NCBI GenBank assembly: GCA_965648905.1
Contig: CBFGIT010000005.1
Coordinates: 32,001 to 96,000 of the forward strand
Origin: a candidate division WOR-3 bacterium
GTDB lineage: Bacteria; Hydrothermota; Tepidihabitantia; Tepidihabitantales; Tepidihabitantaceae
DNA length: 64,000 bases
Direction of reading: 5' to 3'
The notes beneath the pieces are model-generated. The model searched no databases, was not told where the DNA came from, and saw nothing but the letters and a program-made list of their open reading frames with translations. Both the position numbers and the translations under genes were made by a program. This document shows, piece after piece, positions 43,359 through 52,141 of this stretch (positions are counted from its first letter, which is position 1; every line of letters begins with the position of its first letter).

Positions 43359-44192
43359 ATGATTCTGGCAGCACTCCGCCGCCGGACAGCACTCGTGTTG
43401 CTTACCGGCTTTGTGCTCGCCTTTTCCTCTTCGGGCGGGCCGCCGGACGGCAAGACCGGCCGACCAGGCGAAGGTACGTGCGCTGACTGCCATTCAGGCG
43501 GAAGTGGTACGGCCGACTCGACTGAGCTGGCCGGCTTTGCTGGTGCGGTCTACGTTCCTGACTCGACCTATCACCTGACACTCACGGCTCGGTATCGAGG
43601 TGCGACGCGCTGGGGATTTGAGCTGACCGCAGTCAACCAGAGCGGGGCCCGGGCTGGGCAGCTTACCGTGACCGACCCGACGAACACCCAGTTCTCCAAT
43701 GCCGGGCCAGGCTACGTGAAGCAGACCAGTGCCGGTACGTTTCGCGGCAACCCCGGCCCGGTCTCGTGGAGTTTTGACTGGCGCGCTCCGTCGGCGGGCA
43801 CCGGCCCGGTCAGGTTCTACTGGACTTACAATGCGACCAACAACAACGGCAGCACGACCGGCGACATTCCCGGACAAGACAGCATGCTCGTGACCGAGTC
43901 GTCGAGCATTGTGGCTGAACCGGAACGACCCGACCGTCTGTTTGTGCGTTACCAGAACCCGGCCCGTGAGCGCATCGTGCTTGAGTACCAGGGCCGGGCT
44001 CGTGAGCCGGTTCGCATCTACTCGACCGAAGGCAGGCTTGTGCGCCGGCTCAACCCGACTCAGGTCGGAGACATGCTACAGGCGGTCTGGGATGGCCGCG
44101 ACCGTTCTGGTGAGTTTGTTCCTGCGGCCAGCTACGTCATCCGCTTCGGGCGAGAGCTCAAGTCGGTAGTACGGGTCGAGGTTGTCCGCTGA
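43359..44192 (+). CDS. Secreted Reeler-like (choice-of-anchor V-like) protein with CxxCH and FlgD-Ig/T9SS-like C-terminus
   Basis: GPPDGKTGRPGEGTCADCH, GFELTA, WSFDWRAP, N.NGSTTGD; VWDGRD.SG tail. Confidence 0.75.
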   Translation: MILAALRRRTALVLLTGFVLAFSSSGGPPDGKTGRPGEGTCADCHSGGSGTADSTELAGFAGAVYVPDSTYHLTLTARYRGATRWGFELTAVNQSGARAGQLTVTDPTNTQFSNAGPGYVKQTSAGTFRGNPGPVSWSFDWRAPSAGTGPVRFYWTYNATNNNGSTTGDIPGQDSMLVTESSSIVAEPERPDRLFVRYQNPARERIVLEYQGRAREPVRIYSTEGRLVRRLNPTQVGDMLQAVWDGRDRSGEFVPAASYVIRFGRELKSVVRVEVVR

Positions 44193-44230
44193 CACTTTTC
44201 CGGCCCGAGTTTAGCTAGAAGGAGTCCTGC

Positions 44231-44938
44231 ATGGCCATCCTGTTCTTACTCCTCGCCTTTCCCGGCGCACGCATCGCCAATCTGCCGACCGGACCGGTTA
44301 TCGACAACGGCACCTGGCTACTCAGTATCTCTCACCGGTTTCTGTCGGCTGAAGACAACAGCCGACTTGGCAACCCACTGAACTTTCTCAAGGACGCCAA
44401 TGTCAGGTTCGCCGCAGAACGCGGATTCGGCTCTGGCCTGGCCCTAGGCCTGAGCTACACCAACTACAACTACGAACTCGGAGCCAGCGCGCAGTGGGCA
44501 CCGATTAGTCTGGTCACGGGATACTGCGGAGTCGGCACCAACCTGATTGAACGCAAGCTGAGTAACACCTGGCTGAACGCGGCAGTTGCCGGCCATCTCG
44601 CGCCGGTCAGTCGACTGCATCTTGTTCTGCTGCCGCGCCTGACGACCAACACCGAGGACTGGTTTCTGTCGTGTGGACTTGGGGCCAAGGCCGACCTGCC
44701 GGCAGACCTATCAGTCGGCATCGAGACCGAACCGGTCATTCTCGGCCCGGAGCCGCAGTCAGGTTCGCGCCTGCTGGCCTGGAACCTTGCGGTTGACAAG
44801 GAACTCGGCTGGCACAACTTCACCCTGGTTGTGGGCAATAGCTGGCACCAGTCCATGCCCGGCTGGTTTGCTCTGGCCAACCGCGATATCTTCAAGGGCG
44901 TTTTCCGGGTCGGGTTCAATATCCTAAGAAAGCTCTAG
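44231..44938 (+). CDS. DUF5777-like outer-membrane beta-barrel protein
   Basis: RIANLPT, ISHRF, HNF.L..GNS, C-terminal GFNILRKL. Confidence 0.7.
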   Translation: MAILFLLLAFPGARIANLPTGPVIDNGTWLLSISHRFLSAEDNSRLGNPLNFLKDANVRFAAERGFGSGLALGLSYTNYNYELGASAQWAPISLVTGYCGVGTNLIERKLSNTWLNAAVAGHLAPVSRLHLVLLPRLTTNTEDWFLSCGLGAKADLPADLSVGIETEPVILGPEPQSGSRLLAWNLAVDKELGWHNFTLVVGNSWHQSMPGWFALANRDIFKGVFRVGFNILRKL

Positions 44939-44953
44939 ACGCGAGGAGAGTAC

Positions 44954-45376
44954 TTGAAGTACGAAGCTCAGGTTCGCTGGGCCGGCAGGATGACATTCAT
45001 CGGCCGGGCCGGCTCGAATCACATCGTGCCGATGGACTCCGGGCCTGATTTCGGCGGCGACAGCTCGGCGACCAAGCCGATGGAACTGCTGCTCGTGGGC
45101 CTGGGTGGGTGCACGGGCATGGATGTCGTATCGCTCCTGAAGAAGATGCGGGTGGACTTCACCGGCGTTGAAATGAACATCACTGCGGACCGGGCTGAAG
45201 AACACCCGGCAGTCTACACCAGAATCGACATCGAATACGTTGTAACCGGACACGATATCGATGCCGAGAAGGTCAAGCGAGCGGTCGAACTGTCGCAGCA
45301 AAGATACTGCGGCGTGTCGGCCATGCTCAGAAAAGCCTGCCCGGTCAACTACACTTTCCGCATCGTTCAGGTCTAG
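44954..45376 (+). CDS. OsmC/YhfA family protein
   Basis: PMELLL.GLGGCTGMDV, AVELS..RYC.VS. Confidence 0.92.
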   Translation: MKYEAQVRWAGRMTFIGRAGSNHIVPMDSGPDFGGDSSATKPMELLLVGLGGCTGMDVVSLLKKMRVDFTGVEMNITADRAEEHPAVYTRIDIEYVVTGHDIDAEKVKRAVELSQQRYCGVSAMLRKACPVNYTFRIVQV

Positions 45377-45804
45377 CCGCAGTCCTGTTCGGCTGGACAG
45401 CGACCAGCCGACCTGGCAACAGCAAGAAAGGCCTGGTAGAAGCCGTACAGGGCCGAGGCCAGACCAAGCACAGTCACAGCAAGAAGGAGCATCCTTGCGT
45501 CACCAGCCAGACGGGACACGCCCTGAAAGGCACGGACGAATGCGTAGCCGGTCGCAAGCAGACCCAGGCCGGTCATGACCAGAGCGAGTGTCCGGGAACC
45601 GACGCGGACCGGTCGGCGTCGTGCCAGGGACCGAAAGGCGCAACCGAATCCGTAGAGTGTGGAACAGAGTCCGGCCGCGGTGAAAAGCAGGGCAATCGGG
45701 CCGGCCCGAAAGCGGACGATGGCCCAGACAGCAACCGCAAACCCAAACAGGCTTACAGCCAGACCGGTGCTGACAAGAAGCGACGATAACCTGGACCTAG
45801 CCAC
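45373..45804 (-). CDS. Hypothetical 4-TM membrane protein
   Basis: Four hydrophobic segments with an internal repeat (TLYGF/ALYGF); coupled to the upstream gene. Confidence 0.6.
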   Translation of the reverse strand: MARSRLSSLLVSTGLAVSLFGFAVAVWAIVRFRAGPIALLFTAAGLCSTLYGFGCAFRSLARRRPVRVGSRTLALVMTGLGLLATGYAFVRAFQGVSRLAGDARMLLLAVTVLGLASALYGFYQAFLAVARSAGRCPAEQDCG

Positions 45805-46663
45805 CAGGAGCCGCGTGAGGAGTTCCCAGCCAGAGACCTTTGGCCTTGGGGTGTTCCTGCCGGGGCAGGAGTTTGATGGCTCCGGTCGGGCAGGCGGCCA
45901 TGCACACGCCGCACCCGAAGCAGCGGGTCGGGTCGATGTAGACCCTGGCCGCGAGATGCGAATAGAACTGGGCGCCGAACTGGCACTGACTCATGCACGA
46001 CTTGCAGCCGGTGCAGAGGTCTTGGTCTACCTCGCAGACGTACTCGGCCCGAAAGAAACTCGGCTGGCCCCGGTTCATGATGTACCCCCGGTATGCTCCG
46101 CAATCCCGGTCGCAGTTGCACAGGCCGACGACGTAGGGTGTCATGCCGGTCCAGATGCTGTGAATCAGGCCTTCCTGGTCGAGCCTGCGGATGATGCGTT
46201 TTGCCTCTTCCCGGTCCAGGACTTCGAGCGACGCGGCGGGGTCCGGGAACCGGCCCATGATGTTCCACTGGTCCATGCCCAGGCCGAAGCAGTAGCGGGC
46301 ATTGGTCTTGCCGGTCAACAGGAATCGGCAGCCACAGGGCATCCGTGTAATCGAGGTGGCAAGGTCGAGTACCGCCTCCACGTCCTTCATGGGCAGGACC
46401 TGGCCGAAGTGCACAGTCTCGTCGTCTTCCAGGGCATTGGGGCCGGGTTGCCGCGGGCCCCAATCCTCGGTGCCGGGTTGGCCGGTGGCCGCGGGCAGGA
46501 CGAAGTTATCCACGAACCGCTGCAGCCACTCAGCCCGGGTTGGGACCCCGGCCAGTTCCAGCTCCCGGCCTGAAAGCCGGGCATGGATCAGCTCGGCCGA
46601 GTAGTTCTTCATTTCCAGATACCACTTCTTGCCCTCGGCGTGTTTGGTGCAGAACTCACACAT
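45797..46663 (-). CDS. 4Fe-4S dicluster-domain protein
   Basis: MCEFC..H, PCGCR, CNCDRDC, CTGCKSCMSQC and CFGCGVCMAACP. Confidence 0.9.
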   Translation of the reverse strand: MCEFCTKHAEGKKWYLEMKNYSAELIHARLSGRELELAGVPTRAEWLQRFVDNFVLPAATGQPGTEDWGPRQPGPNALEDDETVHFGQVLPMKDVEAVLDLATSITRMPCGCRFLLTGKTNARYCFGLGMDQWNIMGRFPDPAASLEVLDREEAKRIIRRLDQEGLIHSIWTGMTPYVVGLCNCDRDCGAYRGYIMNRGQPSFFRAEYVCEVDQDLCTGCKSCMSQCQFGAQFYSHLAARVYIDPTRCFGCGVCMAACPTGAIKLLPRQEHPKAKGLWLGTPHAAPGG

Positions 46664-46679
46664 CGTCGTGCCCCGCGAC

Positions 46680-47315
46680 CTATTGGTTCAGGCTGAAAGG
46701 CGGGTAGCGGTCGGTTGCAAGCAGGCAGGAGTACCAGAAGACGCGCGCGGTCCAGCGCATCGCCCCGACCACGAAGTCGAAGAGCGAACGCGGGTAACGG
46801 CCAGTGAACAGGATGGCAAACCAGGCGATGATGACGCAGAAGATGGCCGCGACCTGGAGAAAGAAGAGCACGACAAGGTGCGGCAGCGCGAGCAACCACT
46901 TGACCAGAGGCAGCCAGCGGTTGAGCTGCGCAGCATCAGGGTACTCGACCGAGAGGTGCACGGCCTGCTCTTCGTCGGTTGAAGGGTATTCGTCGCGCAG
47001 CAGCGCAAGGTAGGCAGATACGCGCAGGGCGAACCGGTGCAGGGCCAGGTTCCAGTCAAACCACCAGCGAGGATACTTGCGCCGAAAGAGCAGCATCAGG
47101 ACGACCGGGATGAACACGAATCCGACCGCGGTGACGTTGCGCAGGGCGTCTGAGTTACTGCGGCTGTCGCCGCCCCAGTAGAAGAGCAGGGCGAGCACGA
47201 TGGCGATGGGAATCACGGTGAAGAGCCGGAAGAACGAAGTCAGGCGGTTCAGGTTCCGGTCCGGGTAGTCAACGGTCAGGTTCACGGGATAGGGTGTTAT
47301 GCTATCGGTCATCAT
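46680..47315 (-). CDS. DUF4389 membrane protein
   Basis: Twofold repeat LNR...(F/W)..IP/LP, LF..(K/R)YPR..FDF/W, D(E/R)YP. Confidence 0.85.
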   Translation of the reverse strand: MMTDSITPYPVNLTVDYPDRNLNRLTSFFRLFTVIPIAIVLALLFYWGGDSRSNSDALRNVTAVGFVFIPVVLMLLFRRKYPRWWFDWNLALHRFALRVSAYLALLRDEYPSTDEEQAVHLSVEYPDAAQLNRWLPLVKWLLALPHLVVLFFLQVAAIFCVIIAWFAILFTGRYPRSLFDFVVGAMRWTARVFWYSCLLATDRYPPFSLNQ

Positions 47316-47877
47316 GCCTCCTGGTGGCGACATTAGACAAGAGTCCGCGGAATGTGACAACCGTGTTGCGGCTCAGGGCACGGTCAAAGCTCTCAAGCCA
47401 GTGCTCAATGTAGGCCTGGTCGAACCTCGGGTTCTTGGCCAGCACCATGCGGGCATCCTCGACATCGCGCGGGCGGCCGGCGACGAGCTTGTGGACTACC
47501 AAGTCCTCAAGCGTTGCGAATCTTACCGGCGTCGAACCGATCAAGATTTCGGCCGCTCGGTCGAGAGCCTGGCGCTCATATTCTGAGAACGAAAGGATGA
47601 AATCTACGCGGACACCGCTTGACTGGTCTTCAGTCGGGACGACCATGGTGTCGCGGGCGAACTGCTTCGCATCGGCGGTCAGTGGTCTGAGACCGGCACT
47701 GCGGCACATAGCCAGCACGCGGTCGACCTCGTCGATGCCCACTCCGAGGGTGATATCGATGTCTTTGGTCATCCGCGGCTCGCCGTAGATTTGGACCGCC
47801 TGCCCGCCGATGACCATGTAGGGTATTTGAGCGGCCCCAAGCTCTCGGGCCAGGCGAGCGAGCAGTTCCTCAAACAC
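47302..47877 (-). CDS. Nucleotidyltransferase (DUF6036-like), putative TA component
   Basis: YMVIGGQAV..YGEPRMTKDIDI, EDLVVHKLVAGRPRDVED. Confidence 0.85.
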   Translation of the reverse strand: MFEELLARLARELGAAQIPYMVIGGQAVQIYGEPRMTKDIDITLGVGIDEVDRVLAMCRSAGLRPLTADAKQFARDTMVVPTEDQSSGVRVDFILSFSEYERQALDRAAEILIGSTPVRFATLEDLVVHKLVAGRPRDVEDARMVLAKNPRFDQAYIEHWLESFDRALSRNTVVTFRGLLSNVATRRHDDR

Positions 47878-48067
47878 TGTTGAGTGCCCGGGCCAGTTGT
47901 ATCTTGTGCTCGATGCCTTCGAGCGGGTCAGGGCGGGGCAGCACGCCAAGATGTCTGGCTTCCTGGTAGAGTGCTTCGACGATGCGCAGGTTCTTCCTGA
48001 AGTCAGGCGGCGAGCTGCGCACCAGTTCCAGCTCGAACTGCTCGAGCATCTGGGCGTTCTTCACCAT
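47870..48067 (-). CDS. Small protein overlapping the nucleotidyltransferase start (putative partner/antitoxin)
   Basis: 65 aa, 8-nt overlap; promoter TTGACT-16-GATACT ends 6 nt before the ATG. Confidence 0.75.
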   Translation of the reverse strand: MVKNAQMLEQFELELVRSSPPDFRKNLRIVEALYQEARHLGVLPRPDPLEGIEHKIQLARALNSV

Positions 48068-48142
48068 GCCATCAGTATCCTTGCTGGACCGGCCAAGTCA
48101 ATGCCGGTTCGCGGGCATTCAGGAGTCTGGTCAACGTGCCGG

Positions 48143-48451
48143 CTAGACTCCGGGTTCGCTGCCGCGCTTCTCTTCTTTCTCAAGTATCTTCTTGACCTGC
48201 TTTTCTTCCCAGTCGTGGCCGAACAGGCCATAAGCGCCGAACACGCTGAACGCGTGCGAGGCAAGGCCGATGCCCCAGCCCAGGAGCGGCCAGTAGAACC
48301 ACCACGTGCCGTGGCCCCGGCGCGTGAACAGGTTGATGAGAAACAGGCCCAGATTGACAACGAGATAGGTGAACAGGTGGGTGTAGAACGAACGCAGAGC
48401 TGCGACCTGTTCACGGGCGCGCGCGACACGGTCTCTTTCTTCGGCCATCAT
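48143..48451 (-). CDS. 2TM domain protein
   Basis: FYTHLFTYLVVN.GLF.IN, WWFYWPLLGWGIGL..H, WEEK. Confidence 0.88.
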   Translation of the reverse strand: MMAEERDRVARAREQVAALRSFYTHLFTYLVVNLGLFLINLFTRRGHGTWWFYWPLLGWGIGLASHAFSVFGAYGLFGHDWEEKQVKKILEKEEKRGSEPGV

Positions 48452-48628
48452 TCCTCCTTAGTGGCGTCAGATACTAAAGACCATCCGGACGCAGTGTAAT
48501 CAGCGACTGAGTCCGAACGGACATGGTCACGCCCAATTATGCCGCTGCCTGCCGGACGCGTCAAGGAACGGCACGGGTTGACCCTGGGCCGCGGGTCGCT
48601 AGACTGAGAGACTGAAGACCAGTCAACC

Positions 48629-49114
48629 ATGAGAGAAACCGGTCGAGTTACGAGCGTTCTGGACGGCCGCGCCGAGGTTGAGGTGACGGCGCAGGCCGCG
48701 TGCGGGCACTGCGGCGCCCATGGAGTATGCAACTGGGCCGGGGTCAAGGTGCGACGGGTCCTGGCGACGAATCAGGCAAACGCCCGGCCCGGCGATGCGG
48801 TCGTGCTTGACGTGGCCGAAGGCGGCCGCATGAGGTCGAGCCTGGTGGTTTTCGGGACCCCAGTGCTCTTGATGCTTTCCGGCGTCCTGGTCGGCGGGCT
48901 GGTCTTCGGGCGCGACCTGTGGGCCGGCGTGCTGTCCGGCGTCGGGCTTGGAGCCGGAGTGCTGATTGTGAAGCTGGTTGACATATCGGTCAGCCGGTCG
49001 GGCCGGTCTTTGCCCGTGATTGTTTGTCTGGCAGATGAAAGCGAACCCAAAGGAGTTACCGGTGATGAGACTTGTGACCGCAATACTCGCTGCCGTGATG
49101 GCCGCTCAGGTTAG
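48629..49114 (+). CDS. RseC/MucC family protein
   Basis: METG.V-type start, ACGHCGAHGVC, A.N...A.PGD.V, two TM helices. Confidence 0.85.
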   Translation: MRETGRVTSVLDGRAEVEVTAQAACGHCGAHGVCNWAGVKVRRVLATNQANARPGDAVVLDVAEGGRMRSSLVVFGTPVLLMLSGVLVGGLVFGRDLWAGVLSGVGLGAGVLIVKLVDISVSRSGRSLPVIVCLADESEPKGVTGDETCDRNTRCRDGRSG

Positions 49115-49988
49115 CGCCCAGCCGCTGCCGCCGCAGACCAATCCTGAGCACGGCAGCGCATCGTTCTGGAAAGACGTCAAGTTCACGCCCGACACGACCG
49201 ACCCGGCCGGCCGGCGCGGAACCTGGTCAGGCTGGTTCCATCAGGATAACATCGATGTGACCCGGCTCAAGGACGGCGTGGTGCGGGCGAAGATCGAGGG
49301 CAAGTGGCAGGACCTGAAGGTGGTCGAACTGCCCCAGGAGTTTTGCGACTGGAACTTCGAGCGCCGGCGCGAGCAGCTCGGGGCAATCAAGCGGCTCATG
49401 GCCGCGCCCGAGGACGGACGGATGACCCGGCCCGAGGTGGCCGGGCCGCACAACGCGATTGTCGCAAGCCACGGTATGAAACGGAACGACTCGGAGTTCG
49501 CCATCAACAATGCGGTCAAGGGCACGGGCTGGTTGCCCAGGCCGGAGAAGCTGCCTGAGATGCTGGCGCTGCTGAAGAAGACGTGGGACGACTCGATGGA
49601 GTCAAAGCTCGCGCTGCTCGAAAGTCTGTACACCAAGGCGACCGACGTCTTCGACCGGACCAAACAGGCTTCGCTCGAACTCTACTCGACACCCGGCTTT
49701 GAGACTCATACGTTCCTGAACCAGATGGTCGATGCCGGGGTCGCGGTCGTCTTCCTTGACCTGCCCAAGTCGTACGAACTGCGCTGCATTGCCCAGATGC
49801 TTCATCCTGAGGACCCGGGGCTGTCCGAGTATGAAAAGCAGGTGGTCGAGTACATCAACCTTGTTCACGACTACTTTCACGGTCGGGCGCCGCGCAAGTC
49901 AATCGGGGTCATCTACCACGTGGTGCAGGTCTTCGACAACTCGCCGGGCAAGTGGCGGGGGCAGCGCGTGGTCCCGCCTAAGCCCTAG
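49065..49988 (+). CDS. Secreted hypothetical protein, possibly FMN-binding split-barrel-like
   Basis: AAGGAG RBS, signal peptide; SLELY...HTFLN....V.VVFLD..SYELRC...V.QVFDNSP. Confidence 0.7.
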   Translation: MRLVTAILAAVMAAQVSAQPLPPQTNPEHGSASFWKDVKFTPDTTDPAGRRGTWSGWFHQDNIDVTRLKDGVVRAKIEGKWQDLKVVELPQEFCDWNFERRREQLGAIKRLMAAPEDGRMTRPEVAGPHNAIVASHGMKRNDSEFAINNAVKGTGWLPRPEKLPEMLALLKKTWDDSMESKLALLESLYTKATDVFDRTKQASLELYSTPGFETHTFLNQMVDAGVAVVFLDLPKSYELRCIAQMLHPEDPGLSEYEKQVVEYINLVHDYFHGRAPRKSIGVIYHVVQVFDNSPGKWRGQRVVPPKP

Positions 49989-50086
49989 CCGCGGCCGGAC
50001 TGAAGACAACCACCGACTCCTGAGCCCGGAGACCGGCCGGCAGTCTCTGGCCTTGACAAAACCCGGCCCGGCGTTATCTTAGACTC

Positions 50087-50695
50087 GTGCCCGAAGGCAA
50101 AGAGCTCCAGGTTGCGCCGATTGCGCTGCCGGTTCCGGACGACGAGCTGGTGCGTCGGGCCCAGGCCGGCAACACCGAGGCGTTTGAGGAGCTGGTCCGG
50201 CGCTACGAGCGCAAGGTCTACAACATTACTTACCGTATGCTCGGCAACGAACAGGATGCGAGCGAAGCGCTCCAGGATGCGTTCCTGCGCGCCTACCGGT
50301 TCCTGCCCAAGTTCCAGTTCAAGTCGTCGTTCTACACCTGGCTGTATCGGATTGCCACGAACGTGAGTCTAAGCAGATTGCGCGGTCGCGAGCGGGTAGA
50401 GACCGTGTCGCTCGACCAGCCGGTCGGCGAATCGGGTGACATTGCGCTGGACATCCCGGACTACAAGTACACGCCCGAGCGACTGATGCAGCAGCGCGAG
50501 CTGAGGCAGGCGCTGCAGGACGCGGTGAGCGAGCTGCCTGAAGACTACCGGTCGGTCGTTGTGCTGCGCGACCTCGAAGATTTGAGCAACGAGGAAGTGA
50601 GCAAGGTGCTCAAGCTTTCGGTTGCTGCGGTCAAGTCGCGCCTGCACCGGGGCCGGCTGGTGCTGCGTGAGAAGCTGGCCAAGTACCTCGAATAA
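50087..50695 (+). CDS. ECF sigma factor (RpoE/SigW-like)
   Basis: AFEELVRRY, SFYTWLYRIATN, LSNEEVS, VKSRLHRGR. Confidence 0.95.
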   Translation: MPEGKELQVAPIALPVPDDELVRRAQAGNTEAFEELVRRYERKVYNITYRMLGNEQDASEALQDAFLRAYRFLPKFQFKSSFYTWLYRIATNVSLSRLRGRERVETVSLDQPVGESGDIALDIPDYKYTPERLMQQRELRQALQDAVSELPEDYRSVVVLRDLEDLSNEEVSKVLKLSVAAVKSRLHRGRLVLREKLAKYLE

Positions 50696-50704
50696 GGAAA
50701 GAAG

Positions 50705-50989
50705 ATGCACAGTGATGATGATTTCGTCGGCGAGTGCCGGGAATGTGAGGAACTGCTTGAGACGATTTCCGAGTTCCTGGAAGGCGAACTGACCGATGAG
50801 ATGCGGCGGGACCTGCTGGTCCATGCGCAGTCCTGTTCCCGCTGCGCTGCCCTGTTGCACAGCCTGAGGCGGCTGGTCGGCTACTGCCGGGTCGAGCCGG
50901 GCGAGGATATGCCGGCCGAGGTGCGCCAGCAGCTTTGGGTGGCAATCAGGCAGGAAATCTATTCTGAGGACGATTCGGCCGGCACCTGA
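50705..50989 (+). CDS. Zinc-finger (ZAS) anti-sigma factor
   Basis: C....ISEFLEGEL and HAQSCSRC (HxxxCxxC); directly after the sigma gene. Confidence 0.88.
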   Translation: MHSDDDFVGECRECEELLETISEFLEGELTDEMRRDLLVHAQSCSRCAALLHSLRRLVGYCRVEPGEDMPAEVRQQLWVAIRQEIYSEDDSAGT

Positions 50990-51001
50990 CCGCTGAGGTT
51001 G

Positions 51002-52081
51002 ATGCGCGTTCTGGCCGCGATGAGCGGCGGGGTCGATTCTGCGGTTGCCGCAGCTCTGCTCAAAGAGCAGGGCTGGGACGTGGTCGGGGTTACGATGCTG
51101 CTCCACGAGGACGACATGGGCCGGCTCAGGCTGGATGGCCGGGGCTGCTGCGGGAGCCAGGCGGTGCGCGATGCCCGGCGGGTTGCGGCACGACTCAAGA
51201 TTCCCCACTATGCCTGGGACCTGCGGCGCGAGTTCGAAGCCGCGGTCATCAAGGACTTCTGCCATGAATATGCCCGGGGCCGGACCCCCAACCCCTGTAT
51301 CCGCTGCAACGACCGGATGAAGTTCGGGGTTCTGCTTGAGCGCGCCGGCCGGCTTGACGCAACCCACATTGCCACCGGCCACCATGCGCGGCTGGACCAG
51401 GTTGACGGCAAGTGGTACCTGCGCACCGGCAAGGACCAGGGCAAGGACCAGTCTTACTTTCTCTACACGATGACTCAGGAACAGATGAGCCGGGTCCTGA
51501 TGCCGGTCGGCAGTCTGACCAAACCTGAGGTCAGGGACATTGCCCGACGCTACCGGCTGCCGGTTGCCGACAAGCCGGAGAGTCAGGAAGTCTGCTTTGT
51601 TTCAGACCGCGACCACGTTTCATTCCTGAAGGCCCGAAGCCCTGAACTCAACCGGCCCGGGCCGGTACTGGATGAGCAGGGACAGGTGCTCGGTGAGCAT
51701 CAGGGCGCTGTTGGATTCACGGTCGGCCAGCGCAAGGGGCTCGGGCTTGCCCTGGGCGAGCGGATGTACGTTACCCGGGTGGACGCAGCCGCCAACCTGG
51801 TTGTGCTCGGGGCCGGGCGCGAAGTCCGGGGCCGCGTGGTCGAGGCGGCAGACGTGCGCTGGACCAGCGGTAGAGAGCCGGAATCACCGGTGCGGGTCCA
51901 TGCCCGGGTGCGCTACCGGAGCGCAGGCGGGCCGGCCCTGGTCGAGCCGCTGCCTGATAGACGCTGCCGCGTCTTATTCGACCGACCCCAGTGGGCGCCC
52001 ACTCCGGGCCAGGCGGTCGTGTTCTGGCTCGGAGACTCGGTGCTGGGGGGCGGAACTATCGAGTCGTGGCGCCGGGAATGA
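51002..52081 (+). CDS. mnmA: tRNA 2-thiouridine(34) synthase
   Basis: AMSGGVDS, TPNPCIRCN, ATGHHA, KDQSYFL, ESQEVCF, GQRKGLG, TPGQ. Confidence 0.97.
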   Translation: MRVLAAMSGGVDSAVAAALLKEQGWDVVGVTMLLHEDDMGRLRLDGRGCCGSQAVRDARRVAARLKIPHYAWDLRREFEAAVIKDFCHEYARGRTPNPCIRCNDRMKFGVLLERAGRLDATHIATGHHARLDQVDGKWYLRTGKDQGKDQSYFLYTMTQEQMSRVLMPVGSLTKPEVRDIARRYRLPVADKPESQEVCFVSDRDHVSFLKARSPELNRPGPVLDEQGQVLGEHQGAVGFTVGQRKGLGLALGERMYVTRVDAAANLVVLGAGREVRGRVVEAADVRWTSGREPESPVRVHARVRYRSAGGPALVEPLPDRRCRVLFDRPQWAPTPGQAVVFWLGDSVLGGGTIESWRRE

Positions 52082-52141
52082 GCTTCGGATGAACCGGGTA
52101 TATCTTCGCATCAATATCTCTAAAGACCAATCGGAGGAATC

